From NCBI GenBank assembly GCA_017481725.1, contig JAFUOX010000022.1:4668-68667 (forward strand): DNA of 64,000 bases, written 5' to 3'. This DNA is from Kiritimatiellia bacterium (GTDB lineage: Bacteria; Verrucomicrobiota; Kiritimatiellia; RFP12; UBA3636). A program made the position numbers and the translations under genes. Positions within the stretch are counted from its first letter, which is position 1. Each line of letters begins with the position of its first letter. Shown here piece after piece: positions 18,803-29,464 of this stretch. Under the pieces are notes generated by a model, which did no database searches, had not been told where the DNA came from, and saw only the letters and a program-made list of their open reading frames with translations.

Positions 18803-21106
18803 ATGAGATTTAACAATGGGGGCTGGTTGGCTATTGATGGGATAGATAAATTTCATCCTGTAGAGATTTACGATGTAAAGCAAGATGGAAATGTCGTAGA
18901 GATTTGTGCATTTTTTAAGTTTATTAAAACTAAGGGCGACTTACTTGCTGGACCAATATTTTCGTATGCTATTTCTTCTCCTCTACCAGATGTTATTAAA
19001 GTAGAGCTTGTTCACTACAAGTATGCAAAGAATCTCGGACCTAAATTTGAACTTCATACACAAGATGCTTCCCAACCTATTTCTTTAGAAAAGTCAGATA
19101 AAACATATATTGTCCGTAGCGGCAATATGCGCTTAGAGTTTACAGATGTTAATGGCTTGGAAATGAAATTCTTTAGAGGGAATGAGTTTTTAACAAAGAC
19201 AACTCCTAACTCTACCTCATATATAGTTTCTAAGGAAGATGAATTTCTAAACGAAAAGCTTGATAAACGCTATATGATGGAGCAGCTCTATCTTTCTGTA
19301 GGTGAGCTTGTGTATGGTTTGGGTGAGCACTTTACTCCTTTTGTTAAGAATGGTCAAACCGTTGATATGTGGAATGAGGATGGCGGAACATGCTCTAGCC
19401 AAGGCTATAAAAATATACCTTTCTACATTACCAATAGAAACTATGGTGTGTTTGTTAATCACACAGAAAAGGTTTCCTTTGAGGTTGCTTCTGAACTAGT
19501 TTCAAAGGTCCAGTTTAGTGTTCCTGGTGAGCGCATTGAATATTACATTATTGGTGGTGATTCTATGCGTGATGTGCTCTCCAATTATACAACAATGACT
19601 GGTAAGCCTGCACTCCCTCCAAATTGGTCTTTTGGTCTATGGCTTTCTTCTTCATTTACAACTGACTATGATGAAAAGACTGTAATGAGCTTTGTTGATG
19701 GAATGCTCGATAGAGGAATTCCATTACAGGTTTTTCACTTCGATTGCTATTGGATGAAGGGCTTTGAGTGGTGTAGCTTTGAATGGGATCCAAAGGTGTT
19801 CCCAGATCCAAAGGGTATGATTGAACGCATCCATGCAAAGGGTCTAAAGGTTTGTGTATGGATCAATCCTTATTTGGGTGAGAGAGCTCCTACATTCAAT
19901 GAAGCTGCTGAAAATGGATATTTATTAAAGCGTAAGGATGGCTCTATATGGCAGGGCGATTTGTGGCAGCCTGGCTTGGGTATTATTGATTTCACTAATC
20001 CAGCAGCTTGTGAATGGTATAGCAGCAAGCTGAGAGCATTGTTGGATATGGGTGTAGATGCCTTCAAAACCGATTTTGGTGAGCGTATCCCAACAGAGGA
20101 TGTTGCATTCTTTGATGGCTCTGATCCTAAAAAAGCACATAATTTCTACACACATCAATACAATAAGATTGTCTTTAATGAAATTAAAAAAATTAAGGGC
20201 GAAAAGGATGCTGTTGTATTCGCTCGCTCTGCAACTGCTGGTGGTCAGCAATTCCCTGTACATTGGGGTGGTGATTGCTTTGGTAATTATGAGTCAATGG
20301 CAGAGAGCTTGCGCGGTGGATTGTCGCTTTGTATGTCTGGTTTTGGCTTCTGGAGCCACGATATAGGTGGCTTTGAGAATTTCTCAACACCAGATGTTTT
20401 TAAGCGTTGGGTTGCTTTTGGCTTGCTTTCTACACATAGCCGTTTACATGGTAGCTCATCATATCGTGTGCCTTGGGGCTATGATGAAGAGGCGGTTGAT
20501 GTGACGCGCCATTTTGCAAAGCTAAAATGTCGCTTGTTGCCATATTTGCTTGCACAAGCAAAATACACAAGTGAAACTGGTGTGCCTATGCTTCGCACTA
20601 TGCCACTAGAATTTACATCTGACCCAGCATGTGCATATTTGGATAGACAATATATGCTAGGCGAGTCTTTGCTTGTTGCTCCAGTATTTAGAGAGGATGG
20701 TGTGGCAGAGTATTATCTTCCAAAGGGACGCTGGACACACCTTCTAACTGGTGATGTAGTTGAGGGTGGTGCTTGGTTTTCAAATCAATACGATTATTTT
20801 AGCTTACCTTTATTTATTCGCGAGAACTCAATTATTGCATTCAATGACACTGCCACAAAGTCAATTTATGATTATCGCGATAACGTTGTGCTTCGAGTTT
20901 ATGAATTAGCAGATGGCACAACAGCATCAGCAAAGGTTTACGGTCAGACTGGTGATTGTGAGCTTGATGTTGTGATAAAGAATATTGGAGGCAAGTATCA
21001 TGTGTCAGCAATGGGTGTAGATAAGCCTTTTGATCTTGAAATTTATTCAAATGGCAGTCTGCTAACAAAGAGCACGCTACAGGGTAATGGTACAGAAATA
21101 ATTTAG
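18803..21106 (+). CDS. GH31 alpha-xylosidase (YicI-like)
   Basis: 767 aa. The N-terminus is colinear with YicI-type enzymes. KTDFGE and HWGGD are GH31 catalytic regions. Confidence 0.8.
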   Translation: MRFNNGGWLAIDGIDKFHPVEIYDVKQDGNVVEICAFFKFIKTKGDLLAGPIFSYAISSPLPDVIKVELVHYKYAKNLGPKFELHTQDASQPISLEKSDKTYIVRSGNMRLEFTDVNGLEMKFFRGNEFLTKTTPNSTSYIVSKEDEFLNEKLDKRYMMEQLYLSVGELVYGLGEHFTPFVKNGQTVDMWNEDGGTCSSQGYKNIPFYITNRNYGVFVNHTEKVSFEVASELVSKVQFSVPGERIEYYIIGGDSMRDVLSNYTTMTGKPALPPNWSFGLWLSSSFTTDYDEKTVMSFVDGMLDRGIPLQVFHFDCYWMKGFEWCSFEWDPKVFPDPKGMIERIHAKGLKVCVWINPYLGERAPTFNEAAENGYLLKRKDGSIWQGDLWQPGLGIIDFTNPAACEWYSSKLRALLDMGVDAFKTDFGERIPTEDVAFFDGSDPKKAHNFYTHQYNKIVFNEIKKIKGEKDAVVFARSATAGGQQFPVHWGGDCFGNYESMAESLRGGLSLCMSGFGFWSHDIGGFENFSTPDVFKRWVAFGLLSTHSRLHGSSSYRVPWGYDEEAVDVTRHFAKLKCRLLPYLLAQAKYTSETGVPMLRTMPLEFTSDPACAYLDRQYMLGESLLVAPVFREDGVAEYYLPKGRWTHLLTGDVVEGGAWFSNQYDYFSLPLFIRENSIIAFNDTATKSIYDYRDNVVLRVYELADGTTASAKVYGQTGDCELDVVIKNIGGKYHVSAMGVDKPFDLEIYSNGSLLTKSTLQGNGTEII

Positions 21107-21115
21107 ATTTATCTA

Positions 21116-22495
21116 ATGTCAGAGTTAGCAAAATCACAAAAAGAGGAGCAACTAGGTTCTGCTCCTATCAGTAAATTGCTTTGGCAGTTCTCAATCCCAG
21201 CTGTGGTGGCGCAGATTGTTCAAGCAATCTATAATGTTGTTGATAGATTATATATTGGTCATGGTGTTAATGAAGCTGCTTTAGCAGGTTTGACCTTAAC
21301 CTTTCCATTTATGATGATATTGACATCATTTGGAACACTAATAGGAGTTGGCACTGGTGCACTTGTCTCAATTAAATTAGGCGAAGGATGCAAGGAAGAG
21401 GCAGAGAAGCTGCTCGGGCAAATGGTATTAGTTAAAATTATTTTCTTTATAGTAATACCATTTATTTGTTACTTATTACTCGATAAAATCCTTTTGCTTC
21501 TCGGAGGAACACCATCTTCAATACCTTATGCTGCAGAATATATGAGAGTTATTCTCTTGGGTAATATTTTTGCCCACCTAGGCTTTGGTATGAGTGGTAT
21601 TGTTAGAGCGGAGGGTAATGTTTTTCGCTCAATGGTAGCAATGCTTATCGGAGCTGGAGCAAATATAATCTTAGATCCAATTTTTATTTTTGGCTTTGAA
21701 ATGGGTATCCGCGGTGCGGCTTGGGCAACAAATATTTCTATGTTCTTAGCAATGGCATATTGCTTCTGGCATTTTAGCTCAAAAGCTGCTGTTCTTAAAT
21801 TTAGACCTCGTAATATGAGGATAGACATTAAGACTCTTCCTAAGGTGTTTAGCATAGGTTTGTCTCCATTTTCAATGCAAATGCTTGGCTCATTTGTTCA
21901 AGGCTTTTTTATCAATGCTTTTTCTTTGTATTCCTCATCTGAGGCAGAGGGTACAATGATGATTGCATTATTTGGTATAGCAAATAGCATTATTTTATTA
22001 GCAATTATTCCTACCTTTGGTTTGAGTATGGGCTTACAGCCAATTATAGGATATAACTTTGGTGCAAAAAAATATGCACGTATAGCTGAGGCAATGAAAA
22101 AAGCAATTTTAGGTGGTGAGGTTCTTTGCCTTATTGGAATGCTAGGGTGCATGATTTTCGCACCATATCTAATTGCTGCATTTACAAGCGAGGCTTTACT
22201 AGTTGAAAAAGGACCTCATTATTTGCGGTTGGCATGCTCTGGCTTTATGTTTATTGCTGTGTCTATCATGACGACAACATATTTCCAATCAATAGGTAGG
22301 GCATGGGTTGCAATCCTTTTTGCATTTATGCGTCAGGGCTTGATGCTTATCCCTCTAATTTATTTTTTGCCGATGATTTGGGGAATATCTGGTGTTTGGT
22401 GTGCAGGCCCAGTATCAGATTGCTTAGCAGGACTTGTTGCACTCGTTGTTATTGTATTTGAGCTAAGGAAAATTCTGCGAGCTGGCCAAAATTAA
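21116..22495 (+). CDS. MATE-family efflux transporter
   Basis: 459 aa with 12 predicted TM helices; the N-terminal SKLLWQFSIPAVVAQIVQAIYNVVDRLYIG is typical of MATE. Confidence 0.8.
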   Translation: MSELAKSQKEEQLGSAPISKLLWQFSIPAVVAQIVQAIYNVVDRLYIGHGVNEAALAGLTLTFPFMMILTSFGTLIGVGTGALVSIKLGEGCKEEAEKLLGQMVLVKIIFFIVIPFICYLLLDKILLLLGGTPSSIPYAAEYMRVILLGNIFAHLGFGMSGIVRAEGNVFRSMVAMLIGAGANIILDPIFIFGFEMGIRGAAWATNISMFLAMAYCFWHFSSKAAVLKFRPRNMRIDIKTLPKVFSIGLSPFSMQMLGSFVQGFFINAFSLYSSSEAEGTMMIALFGIANSIILLAIIPTFGLSMGLQPIIGYNFGAKKYARIAEAMKKAILGGEVLCLIGMLGCMIFAPYLIAAFTSEALLVEKGPHYLRLACSGFMFIAVSIMTTTYFQSIGRAWVAILFAFMRQGLMLIPLIYFLPMIWGISGVWCAGPVSDCLAGLVALVVIVFELRKILRAGQN

Positions 22496-22535
22496 GTACT
22501 GCTTCTTTGTTGTTTTTATAATAAGAGGCGAACCT

Positions 22536-22757
22536 ACCCTTTGCGTGCACTAGCACGCTCCAAAAGTGCTAAAAAGGGACGTAGAAACAGATGGTCGCTT
22601 GCGCTCTGGCCTTCGGCGAAACACGGAGAATAAAGAGTATCGGAGACACGGAGAGTTTTTGGGAAATATCGGAGAAAGGGGCTTCAGCCCCTTTGCGTGC
22701 ACTAGCACGCTCCAAAAGTGCATCCCGTGCTCCACGCATGCCCAACGCAATTTTCGC
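22536..22757 (+). repeat. GC-rich mosaic intergenic repeat, locus 1
   Basis: Contains the 25-nt core CTCTGGCCTTCGGCGAAACACGGAG (22603-22627) and the hairpin AAAGGGGC-TTCA-GCCCCTTT (22674-22693). A perfect 33-bp direct repeat occurs at 22536-22568 and 22688-22720. Confidence 0.85.
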
Positions 22758-22865
22758 TGCTTTAGTATGTTTTTCCTAAATTGACATTGGTATATGATTT
22801 TAGTAAAATTACTGAATTAAATTTTAGGTGTATATTATTTATTATCATTTGTTTAGTATTTTCTT

Positions 22866-24674
22866 ATGACAAAACGATTTATTTATGTTTTAGCCATTGT
22901 TGCTTGTGCTTGTCTTTGCGGATGTAAATCGCCGTCTGATTGGTTTAAGGAAGCAGATGAAAAGGCTGCTGCACATCTTACATCTGCTCAAATGAGAGCA
23001 GGATTAAAGGTTGATGAAATCAATGTTGATAATCCTGCCGATACGCTTCGTCGTCGCTTGATTGAAGCACAAGGATTAAAAATTGACGATTCATTGGCTG
23101 CAACTTCTTCAAAAGAAGAAATCCCTGTGGACGAAAAGCTTAAAGATCCAATTTATATCTCTTTAGAGGATGCTCTAAAGATTGCGGCTGCTGAGAATCG
23201 TGAGTTCCGTTCTAAAAAAGAGGAGCTATATAAATCGGCTCTGGCTCTTGATCTTGAAGCACATAATTTTAGGACAACCTTTTCAGGTATGATGTCCTCA
23301 CGTGTAAGCACTTCTCAAACAGAGGGCGAGGATAGATCAACTGGTAATGACAATAAATTTAAGCTCGGTGCAAGCCAAAAATTCAAAAATGGTACTGAGC
23401 TAACAAGTAATGTTGCAGTAGATCTAGCAAAAATGTTAACAGCAGAGAAGGAGAGTGCATGGGGCATTGTTGCTGATGCAAGTATTACAATTCCGCTGCT
23501 ACGTGGCTCTGGCAGATTTGTTGTTGAAGAGCCATTGATTCAGGCGGAACGTAGTCTTGTTTATTCTTTACGTGATTTTGAACAATTTAAGCGCAATTTT
23601 ATCGTAAATATATCTAGCTCTTATTTTAATGTGCTTCTAGCAGAAAGACAGCTACGTAATCAGGATGAGAATTATAAACGAGCCGTTGCTTCAACCCGCC
23701 GCTCCCGCCGCCTTGCAGATGCTGGACGCCTTCAGGAATATGAATTTGATCAGTCATATCAAAATGAGCTTGATGCACGTAATAGCTGGGTTGCTGCTTA
23801 TAGTAAGTATGATGGAGTGCTGGAGAACTTTAGAGTCACTCTTGGTCTTCCTCCTGATGCTAAGGTTTTTCCATTGGAGTCAGAGCTAGAAAAGTTACAA
23901 AATTATACTGAGGGTTTTGCAGCTGATAAGCAAGAAAAATATGAGGCTGAGGGTGCTATTGATTGGGAGAAAATTGAGCTTAAAAAGCCTGATAATAGAA
24001 ACAAAGGTCCTTTAGAGCTAGAAGAAGCAATTGCTCTTCAAATTGCATTTGAAAATAGACTTGATTTGCAAACTGCTAGAGATAGAGTAGAGGATAGTGA
24101 AAGAAAGCTACGTATTGCAGCAGATAATCTACGTGCAGAAGTTACAATTGGTGGTTCTGCTTCAATGGGTGAATCTCGTAGCTATGGAAGTGCAAATCAA
24201 GGGAATGGTGATTTTAAACCTAAATATGGTTCATATAGTGCATTATTAAATATTGATTTACCTCTTAATCGCACAACAGAAAGAAATGCTTATAGAAATG
24301 CATTTTTTACATATGATAGCTCAGTCCGATCATACCAAGAGGTAGAGGATAATCTAAAAAAAGAAGTGTATAATATTGTTCGCTCAATTCGTGAAACACG
24401 TGAAACACTAACAATTCAATTTAGAGCTTTATCATTGGCTCAGCGTCGTGTTGAGAGTATGGATATACTTATGCAGGCTGGTCGCGTAGATATGACAGAT
24501 GTTCTTAGTGCACAACAATCGTTGTTGACCGCACAAAATTCACTTTATTCTGCAATTGTTAATTATAGAATTAGAGAACTAGAATTGCAGAGTAAATTGG
24601 GTGTGCTAGATGTAACTGCTGCTGGAACATGGTTTGAATTTGATCCAAAGCAATATCTAGAGTCGGTAGAGTAG
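22866..24674 (+). CDS. TolC-family outer-membrane efflux lipoprotein
   Basis: Lipobox ACLCGC; 602 aa with two long helical OEP-like repeats; adjacent to the MATE gene. Confidence 0.7.
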   Translation: MTKRFIYVLAIVACACLCGCKSPSDWFKEADEKAAAHLTSAQMRAGLKVDEINVDNPADTLRRRLIEAQGLKIDDSLAATSSKEEIPVDEKLKDPIYISLEDALKIAAAENREFRSKKEELYKSALALDLEAHNFRTTFSGMMSSRVSTSQTEGEDRSTGNDNKFKLGASQKFKNGTELTSNVAVDLAKMLTAEKESAWGIVADASITIPLLRGSGRFVVEEPLIQAERSLVYSLRDFEQFKRNFIVNISSSYFNVLLAERQLRNQDENYKRAVASTRRSRRLADAGRLQEYEFDQSYQNELDARNSWVAAYSKYDGVLENFRVTLGLPPDAKVFPLESELEKLQNYTEGFAADKQEKYEAEGAIDWEKIELKKPDNRNKGPLELEEAIALQIAFENRLDLQTARDRVEDSERKLRIAADNLRAEVTIGGSASMGESRSYGSANQGNGDFKPKYGSYSALLNIDLPLNRTTERNAYRNAFFTYDSSVRSYQEVEDNLKKEVYNIVRSIRETRETLTIQFRALSLAQRRVESMDILMQAGRVDMTDVLSAQQSLLTAQNSLYSAIVNYRIRELELQSKLGVLDVTAAGTWFEFDPKQYLESVE

Positions 24675-24686
24675 AGATTTTAATTG

Positions 24687-25811
24687 ATGAATTTTTTATT
24701 TAGTTATATTAAACAAGGCACCAAATTTGCGTTGTTACTATTTGTATTTTTGTTGCACTCTATTGCACTTAATGCTGCAAATACAAATAAGATTGATGAA
24801 TTACGCATTGCCTTTTGGAATGTGGAAAATCTTTTTGATACGGTTGTGAATGGTCCATCAAAGCACAAGGATGAGGATTTTACTCCATCCTCATGGAGGC
24901 GTTGGACACCGCAACGCTATTCCCAGAAGCTTGACCATCTTGCTCATGTAATTAACGCTATGAAGCCAGATGTAATTGGTATGGCTGAGGTTGAAAATTT
25001 AGATGTTCTTGAGGATTTGAATAAGCGACTTAAAGAAAAATATGGCTGGCAGCTTCCTTATATTGGGCACATCGATTCCTCTGATGTGCGTGGTATTGAT
25101 CAAGCAGTAATGTCAAAATATCCAATAAAATCAACTCATCTTGTAGCGCATACCTATGGCAGGCGTGGCTCGCTTGTTGTGGTTGTTGATGTCAAAGGAG
25201 AGCCAATTACGTTTATGGTAAACCATTGGAAATCTCCAATTGGAAACTATAAAGAAAATATGAAGACACGTGCTGGCGAAGCTACAGCACTGCGTGAGGA
25301 GCTTGCAAAAAGATATAAGCGCGATAAAGATATGAGCTTCGTTATTCTAGGGGATTTTAATGAAGATTGTGATGATGTAACAATGCTTAATTCCCTAAAG
25401 GTATCTAAAACACGTAACCAGACCTTAAAACATACAGACGGAGATTTGGCTCTGTATCACTTGGCATTTGATTTGCCTAAAAATAAACGTGGAACCTATT
25501 ATTATGCACGACGCTCTGTCTGGAATTCCTTTGATGGTATTATCGTACCAGCCACCTTGTTGGGAGAAAATACTTCTTCCAAATGCTATTGGCGTGTTAA
25601 GGATAGAAAATCCTACCAAGTTTTTGTTTTGCCAGAAATGAAGGAGCCTGGAGATGGTCGTCCACGTGCATTTAGACGTGTGCGAATTAAGGGTAAACCA
25701 AATAATTATTATGAGGAAGGCTACTCAGACCATTTTCCTGTGCTTACAATACTTGTCCCAGCAACTGAGATAAAATCAGAAGCATCACCCACAAAGGGAG
25801 AAAAGAAATAA
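24687..25811 (+). CDS. endonuclease/exonuclease/phosphatase (EEP) family protein, secreted
   Basis: LRIAFWNVENLFD, GMAEVEN, LGDFN and SDHFPV. Confidence 0.75.
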   Translation: MNFLFSYIKQGTKFALLLFVFLLHSIALNAANTNKIDELRIAFWNVENLFDTVVNGPSKHKDEDFTPSSWRRWTPQRYSQKLDHLAHVINAMKPDVIGMAEVENLDVLEDLNKRLKEKYGWQLPYIGHIDSSDVRGIDQAVMSKYPIKSTHLVAHTYGRRGSLVVVVDVKGEPITFMVNHWKSPIGNYKENMKTRAGEATALREELAKRYKRDKDMSFVILGDFNEDCDDVTMLNSLKVSKTRNQTLKHTDGDLALYHLAFDLPKNKRGTYYYARRSVWNSFDGIIVPATLLGENTSSKCYWRVKDRKSYQVFVLPEMKEPGDGRPRAFRRVRIKGKPNNYYEEGYSDHFPVLTILVPATEIKSEASPTKGEKK

Positions 25812-26221
25812 TGGCTGATGGTGTGTTGGGTAGTGCAAAGCAGGAGCAGCTCCAAGCAAGAATGGCTCAGCTTGGCATAAATGAGGCTGATTTAGTCGAA
25901 AAATTTGTTCAAGGTAGTGGCAGTGGAGGACAAAAAATAAATAAAACCTCCTCCTGTGTATATTTGAAGCATTTGCCTAGCGGTAGGGAAGTAAAGTGTC
26001 AGAAAACTCGATCATTATCCCTCAATCGGTATTATGCTCGTGTGGAGCTTTGCGAACAAATAGAGGAAGAGGTTTTAGGCGAAAAGAGCAAGCGACAGCA
26101 GGAAATAGAAAAAATCCGCCGTCAGAAGCGTCGCCGTTCCCGTAAACAGCGTGCAAAGATGCTTGATGATAAGCATAAGCATGCAGAGAAGAAAGAACTT
26201 CGTAAGCCAGTTGAATACTAG
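25811..26221 (+). CDS. small GGQ-motif release-factor-like protein (peptidyl-tRNA hydrolase domain)
   Basis: GSGSGGQKINKT plus a basic C-terminal tail. The start shares 1 nt with the upstream stop (TAATG). Confidence 0.7.
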   Translation: MADGVLGSAKQEQLQARMAQLGINEADLVEKFVQGSGSGGQKINKTSSCVYLKHLPSGREVKCQKTRSLSLNRYYARVELCEQIEEEVLGEKSKRQQEIEKIRRQKRRRSRKQRAKMLDDKHKHAEKKELRKPVEY

Positions 26222-26533
26222 TTTATTGGTGGTTTTTTAATAGCTGCTAATCCACCAAAAGCGTTTGCTAGAAAAATTACTTTTTTAAAGGTGTATCCTC
26301 GCTGTGTTAAGTGTAGTAAGTCTGTGTTGCATCGATAAGTGCATTGTACAACACTAAGCTATTCCCAAATCCATAATTTTGTGTCGAAAAATTTTCATCA
26401 TATTGATTTATTATTGCTATTGTGATATATTTTCATTAGTTGATAGTTATGTATTAATTTTAAATCTGTTGATGTTATATACAAAAATGGATTTGTCTAT
26501 CAAATTTTAGGTTATTATGTAGGGAGAAAAAGT

Positions 26534-27679
26534 ATGAAAAAAAGAAGTTTTGTTCTTGCAACAGCATTAGCATCACTAGCTCTATTTAGCGTAGATGCAA
26601 ATGCAGAAGGGTTGAAAAATATTCCTGAAGCACCAAAGGGTGGTCGCTTTAAAACACCAACAGATCTTGTTTGGCCTGCAGAGGTAGGACAAGGTGATGT
26701 ATGCCTTTGGAAGGACGATAAATTTGCTGCATTAGCTATCACAATCGATGATAATTGCAAAAAGGATCATGAGTGGTGGCTAAAGATTTGTGATGAGCTT
26801 GGCATTAAGGTTACATGGTTTGTGATTACAGATAAAGTAGGCAAAATAAATATTGGATTTAATGGGACATGGGAAGATTGGCAGAAGCTTGCAAATGCAG
26901 GACATTCAATCCAAAGTCACACAACAAATCATAAGAGTAATAAAAAGGATGATCCTAACAAGATGACCGAGGAAGAAATTGTTGCTCAATATCGTGACTC
27001 ATTGGCAATTATCAATGAGAACGTTACCAACAACTTCGCTTGTACAATTGCTTACCCAAATGGAGTAGCACATCCCGAAATCGCTGCAAGATATGCTATT
27101 GGTGCACGTGGTGTATATGGTGTGCCAAGTCCTGCAAACAACATAAATTATATGTGCACAAATAAAGGAGCTGCCTCACAAGCATTTATTGATGCTATAT
27201 TGTATGGAAAAAGCGAGTATGAACCTAAATGGATGCAGAACCGTCCAAATTTGACGCGTGGTCTAAATATTGTTCTTTACCATCTTGTTCATTGGGGGCA
27301 CTCTCCTGAGCAGATAGAGCAATCAGTTGCTAATGTTGAGGCAGAAGTCCGTAACATTGCAAAATATAAGGATGTTATCTGGATTGCTCGCTTTGATGAT
27401 TTAATGAAATATGGTCAGGAGCGCGATACAGCAAAGCTTGTTGTTGATCCAATTTCTAAGGCTGGTGAGATTTCTTTCAAACTAACCTGTGACATGGATT
27501 TGACTCTGTTTGATTATCCTTTAACGATTAAGCTTTGCTTGGGTGACAAAACAAACTCTATTACAGCTATGCAAGGGGAAAAGAATATCCCTGCTCGTAT
27601 TGTAGAACATGATGGTAAAGCATATGCAATAGTTGATGCATTGCCTAATGGTATCCCAGTAAAAGTAAGCTATAAGTAA
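26534..27679 (+). CDS. polysaccharide deacetylase (NodB/CE4-like), secreted
   Basis: Signal peptide; AITIDDN and HSIQSHTTNH metal-binding motifs. Confidence 0.65.
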   Translation: MKKRSFVLATALASLALFSVDANAEGLKNIPEAPKGGRFKTPTDLVWPAEVGQGDVCLWKDDKFAALAITIDDNCKKDHEWWLKICDELGIKVTWFVITDKVGKINIGFNGTWEDWQKLANAGHSIQSHTTNHKSNKKDDPNKMTEEEIVAQYRDSLAIINENVTNNFACTIAYPNGVAHPEIAARYAIGARGVYGVPSPANNINYMCTNKGAASQAFIDAILYGKSEYEPKWMQNRPNLTRGLNIVLYHLVHWGHSPEQIEQSVANVEAEVRNIAKYKDVIWIARFDDLMKYGQERDTAKLVVDPISKAGEISFKLTCDMDLTLFDYPLTIKLCLGDKTNSITAMQGEKNIPARIVEHDGKAYAIVDALPNGIPVKVSYK

Positions 27680-27964
27680 AAATAATTAGTGCGATTGCAA
27701 ATGCAACTATCCTTTTAGAAAATAAAGAATAGCTAAGGTTGAGGCACGGATTTAGCTGCAAATATTGTGCTGATCCTGCTGGCTCATATAAATTGACTTC
27801 AAATATTGATTGCTCTGATTGGGTAAGCGTTATCCTGTTTGTATTACAATTCAAGCAGATACCAATAAATCTCTCACGACTTGAATTTAGAAGCTTTCTC
27901 CTAGAGCTTGTTGAGTAGCTACAGAAATTTGCTTAGCAGTTTATTAATGTTAAATTTTTTACTT

Positions 27965-28006
27965 TAGCCCCCAATTTAGCAAAGTTAATTGCTAAATTGG
28001 GGGCTA
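27965..28006. terminator. strong hairpin between convergent genes
   Basis: TAGCCCCCAATTTAGCA - AAGTTAAT - TGCTAAATTGGGGGCTA: a perfect 17-bp stem, followed on the + strand by TGCTTTTATT. Confidence 0.7.
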
Positions 28007-28023
28007 TGCTTTTATTGATGCTT

Positions 28024-29370
28024 TTAGCACTCAACAATTTTAAATAGGTAAACGCTATTTAATGGCATTTTTACGTATGCAGAAAACTCCTTGGCGGTGA
28101 AAATTTCTTCGCGAACAAGCTCTGCATTGTGTGCTTCATCTAGTAGATAATACTCAAGCTTTACCTTCCCAGAATTTGTCACATTCTTGAATGTGACCTT
28201 TACATCCCTTGATGGAGCAGTGTCATCATTGTCAAAGTATGCAAGCATGGTATTTTGCTCATCACCCTTAGCTGCACAAGCCCATAAGCCATCTCCGTTG
28301 CCAGAAGCTTCAACACTTGTCTTTTGTGTGTAAAGCTGATTAAACATATAGAATGGATAGTATCCCTTGAGGCACTTTGCCACGATATCGGTATTAAACA
28401 TACCATTCATTGCACATGGGCGTGCATCATAATACATTAGCATATCAAGCTCTTCATTTTGTGACATTGCCATCACAGCAGCAATAAAGGCAGCTCCCTT
28501 GATCTTTTTCATTTGCTCAAGAGAATATATCCATTCATCGCCTGTCCAGCCTTTAACATAGTTCCATTCGTTTAGAATGCTCTCGCAATTTGTTAGCCCA
28601 TAACGATTGAGCATGTCTTTCATTACGCGAATACGGTATTGAATGTCCTCAACCTTTTGTGCATAAATATGCCAGCTGAAGAAGTCTGGCTTAACCTCAC
28701 CAAGGCTCTTAAAGAAATTATTGCACCATTCGTTGTCCTTTGATATAGCCAATGCAGGACCACCAATTTTAAGGTGTGGGAATTGTGTCTTTAAGTGTGT
28801 TAGGGTAATGTTGAAAAGCTCGTAAAATTCTTTCGCAGTTCCACCCCAGCAGCGCTTATGCTTGCTATCGTCAGAATCTAGGTCTGCTTCGTTCCAAATC
28901 TCCCAATATTGAATATCGTAGTGGAAGCCATTTGCCCAGCCTTCGGTGTAGTGTCGAATAATGTGCTCGCAAATAATTGCCCATTTCTTGAAATCCTTTG
29001 GTGGCAAGGTGTTGTACTTCTTTGACCAATGCTCAATCTTAGAACCAAAGCGATAGAAGGTTCTTGTGCCAGCAAATTCTGTTACTTTGATATATTCATC
29101 GGTTAGCACAAAGTCGTAGGATTCTGGATCGTATGGGTCTTTGTCAAAATCGCGAAAAATGAAATTAACGTCAACAATATGCTCACCACCATAGTTTGCA
29201 TAGAATGCAGCATCATGGTTTCGTGCAAAAGGAATGCCTGCCTTTTGGTAATGACCCATATTTGTAATACGCTGATCCTCTGCAAATTTATACACAGGAC
29301 CATTGTTTACTGCGTGCATTGGCTTTACTTTTCCATTTTCTTTGGAAAAATCTACAATTATTTCACTCAT
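28024..29370 (-). CDS. clan GH-A glycoside hydrolase (GH39-like)
   Basis: 448 aa; YWEIWNEADL acid/base region; no signal peptide. Confidence 0.55.
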   Translation of the reverse strand: MSEIIVDFSKENGKVKPMHAVNNGPVYKFAEDQRITNMGHYQKAGIPFARNHDAAFYANYGGEHIVDVNFIFRDFDKDPYDPESYDFVLTDEYIKVTEFAGTRTFYRFGSKIEHWSKKYNTLPPKDFKKWAIICEHIIRHYTEGWANGFHYDIQYWEIWNEADLDSDDSKHKRCWGGTAKEFYELFNITLTHLKTQFPHLKIGGPALAISKDNEWCNNFFKSLGEVKPDFFSWHIYAQKVEDIQYRIRVMKDMLNRYGLTNCESILNEWNYVKGWTGDEWIYSLEQMKKIKGAAFIAAVMAMSQNEELDMLMYYDARPCAMNGMFNTDIVAKCLKGYYPFYMFNQLYTQKTSVEASGNGDGLWACAAKGDEQNTMLAYFDNDDTAPSRDVKVTFKNVTNSGKVKLEYYLLDEAHNAELVREEIFTAKEFSAYVKMPLNSVYLFKIVEC

Positions 29371-29464
29371 ATTGACCTTTCAAAAATATGCCCTAACTCT
29401 TAAGTTTTTGTACTAATTTATAGTAACATATTTTTGAGTGTGTTTAAAGAGGAAATATGAAATC

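Noticed and set aside
22550-22784. ORFs of 60-129 aa lying inside the mosaic repeats. Besides this range they include 29444-29654, 30745-31117, 40326-40715, 48099-48997, 58540-58966 and 60748-61047.
   Set aside because: They exist on both strands of the same repeat and have low-complexity, repeat-driven translations. They lack RBS context and change frame between repeat copies. They were treated as non-coding.
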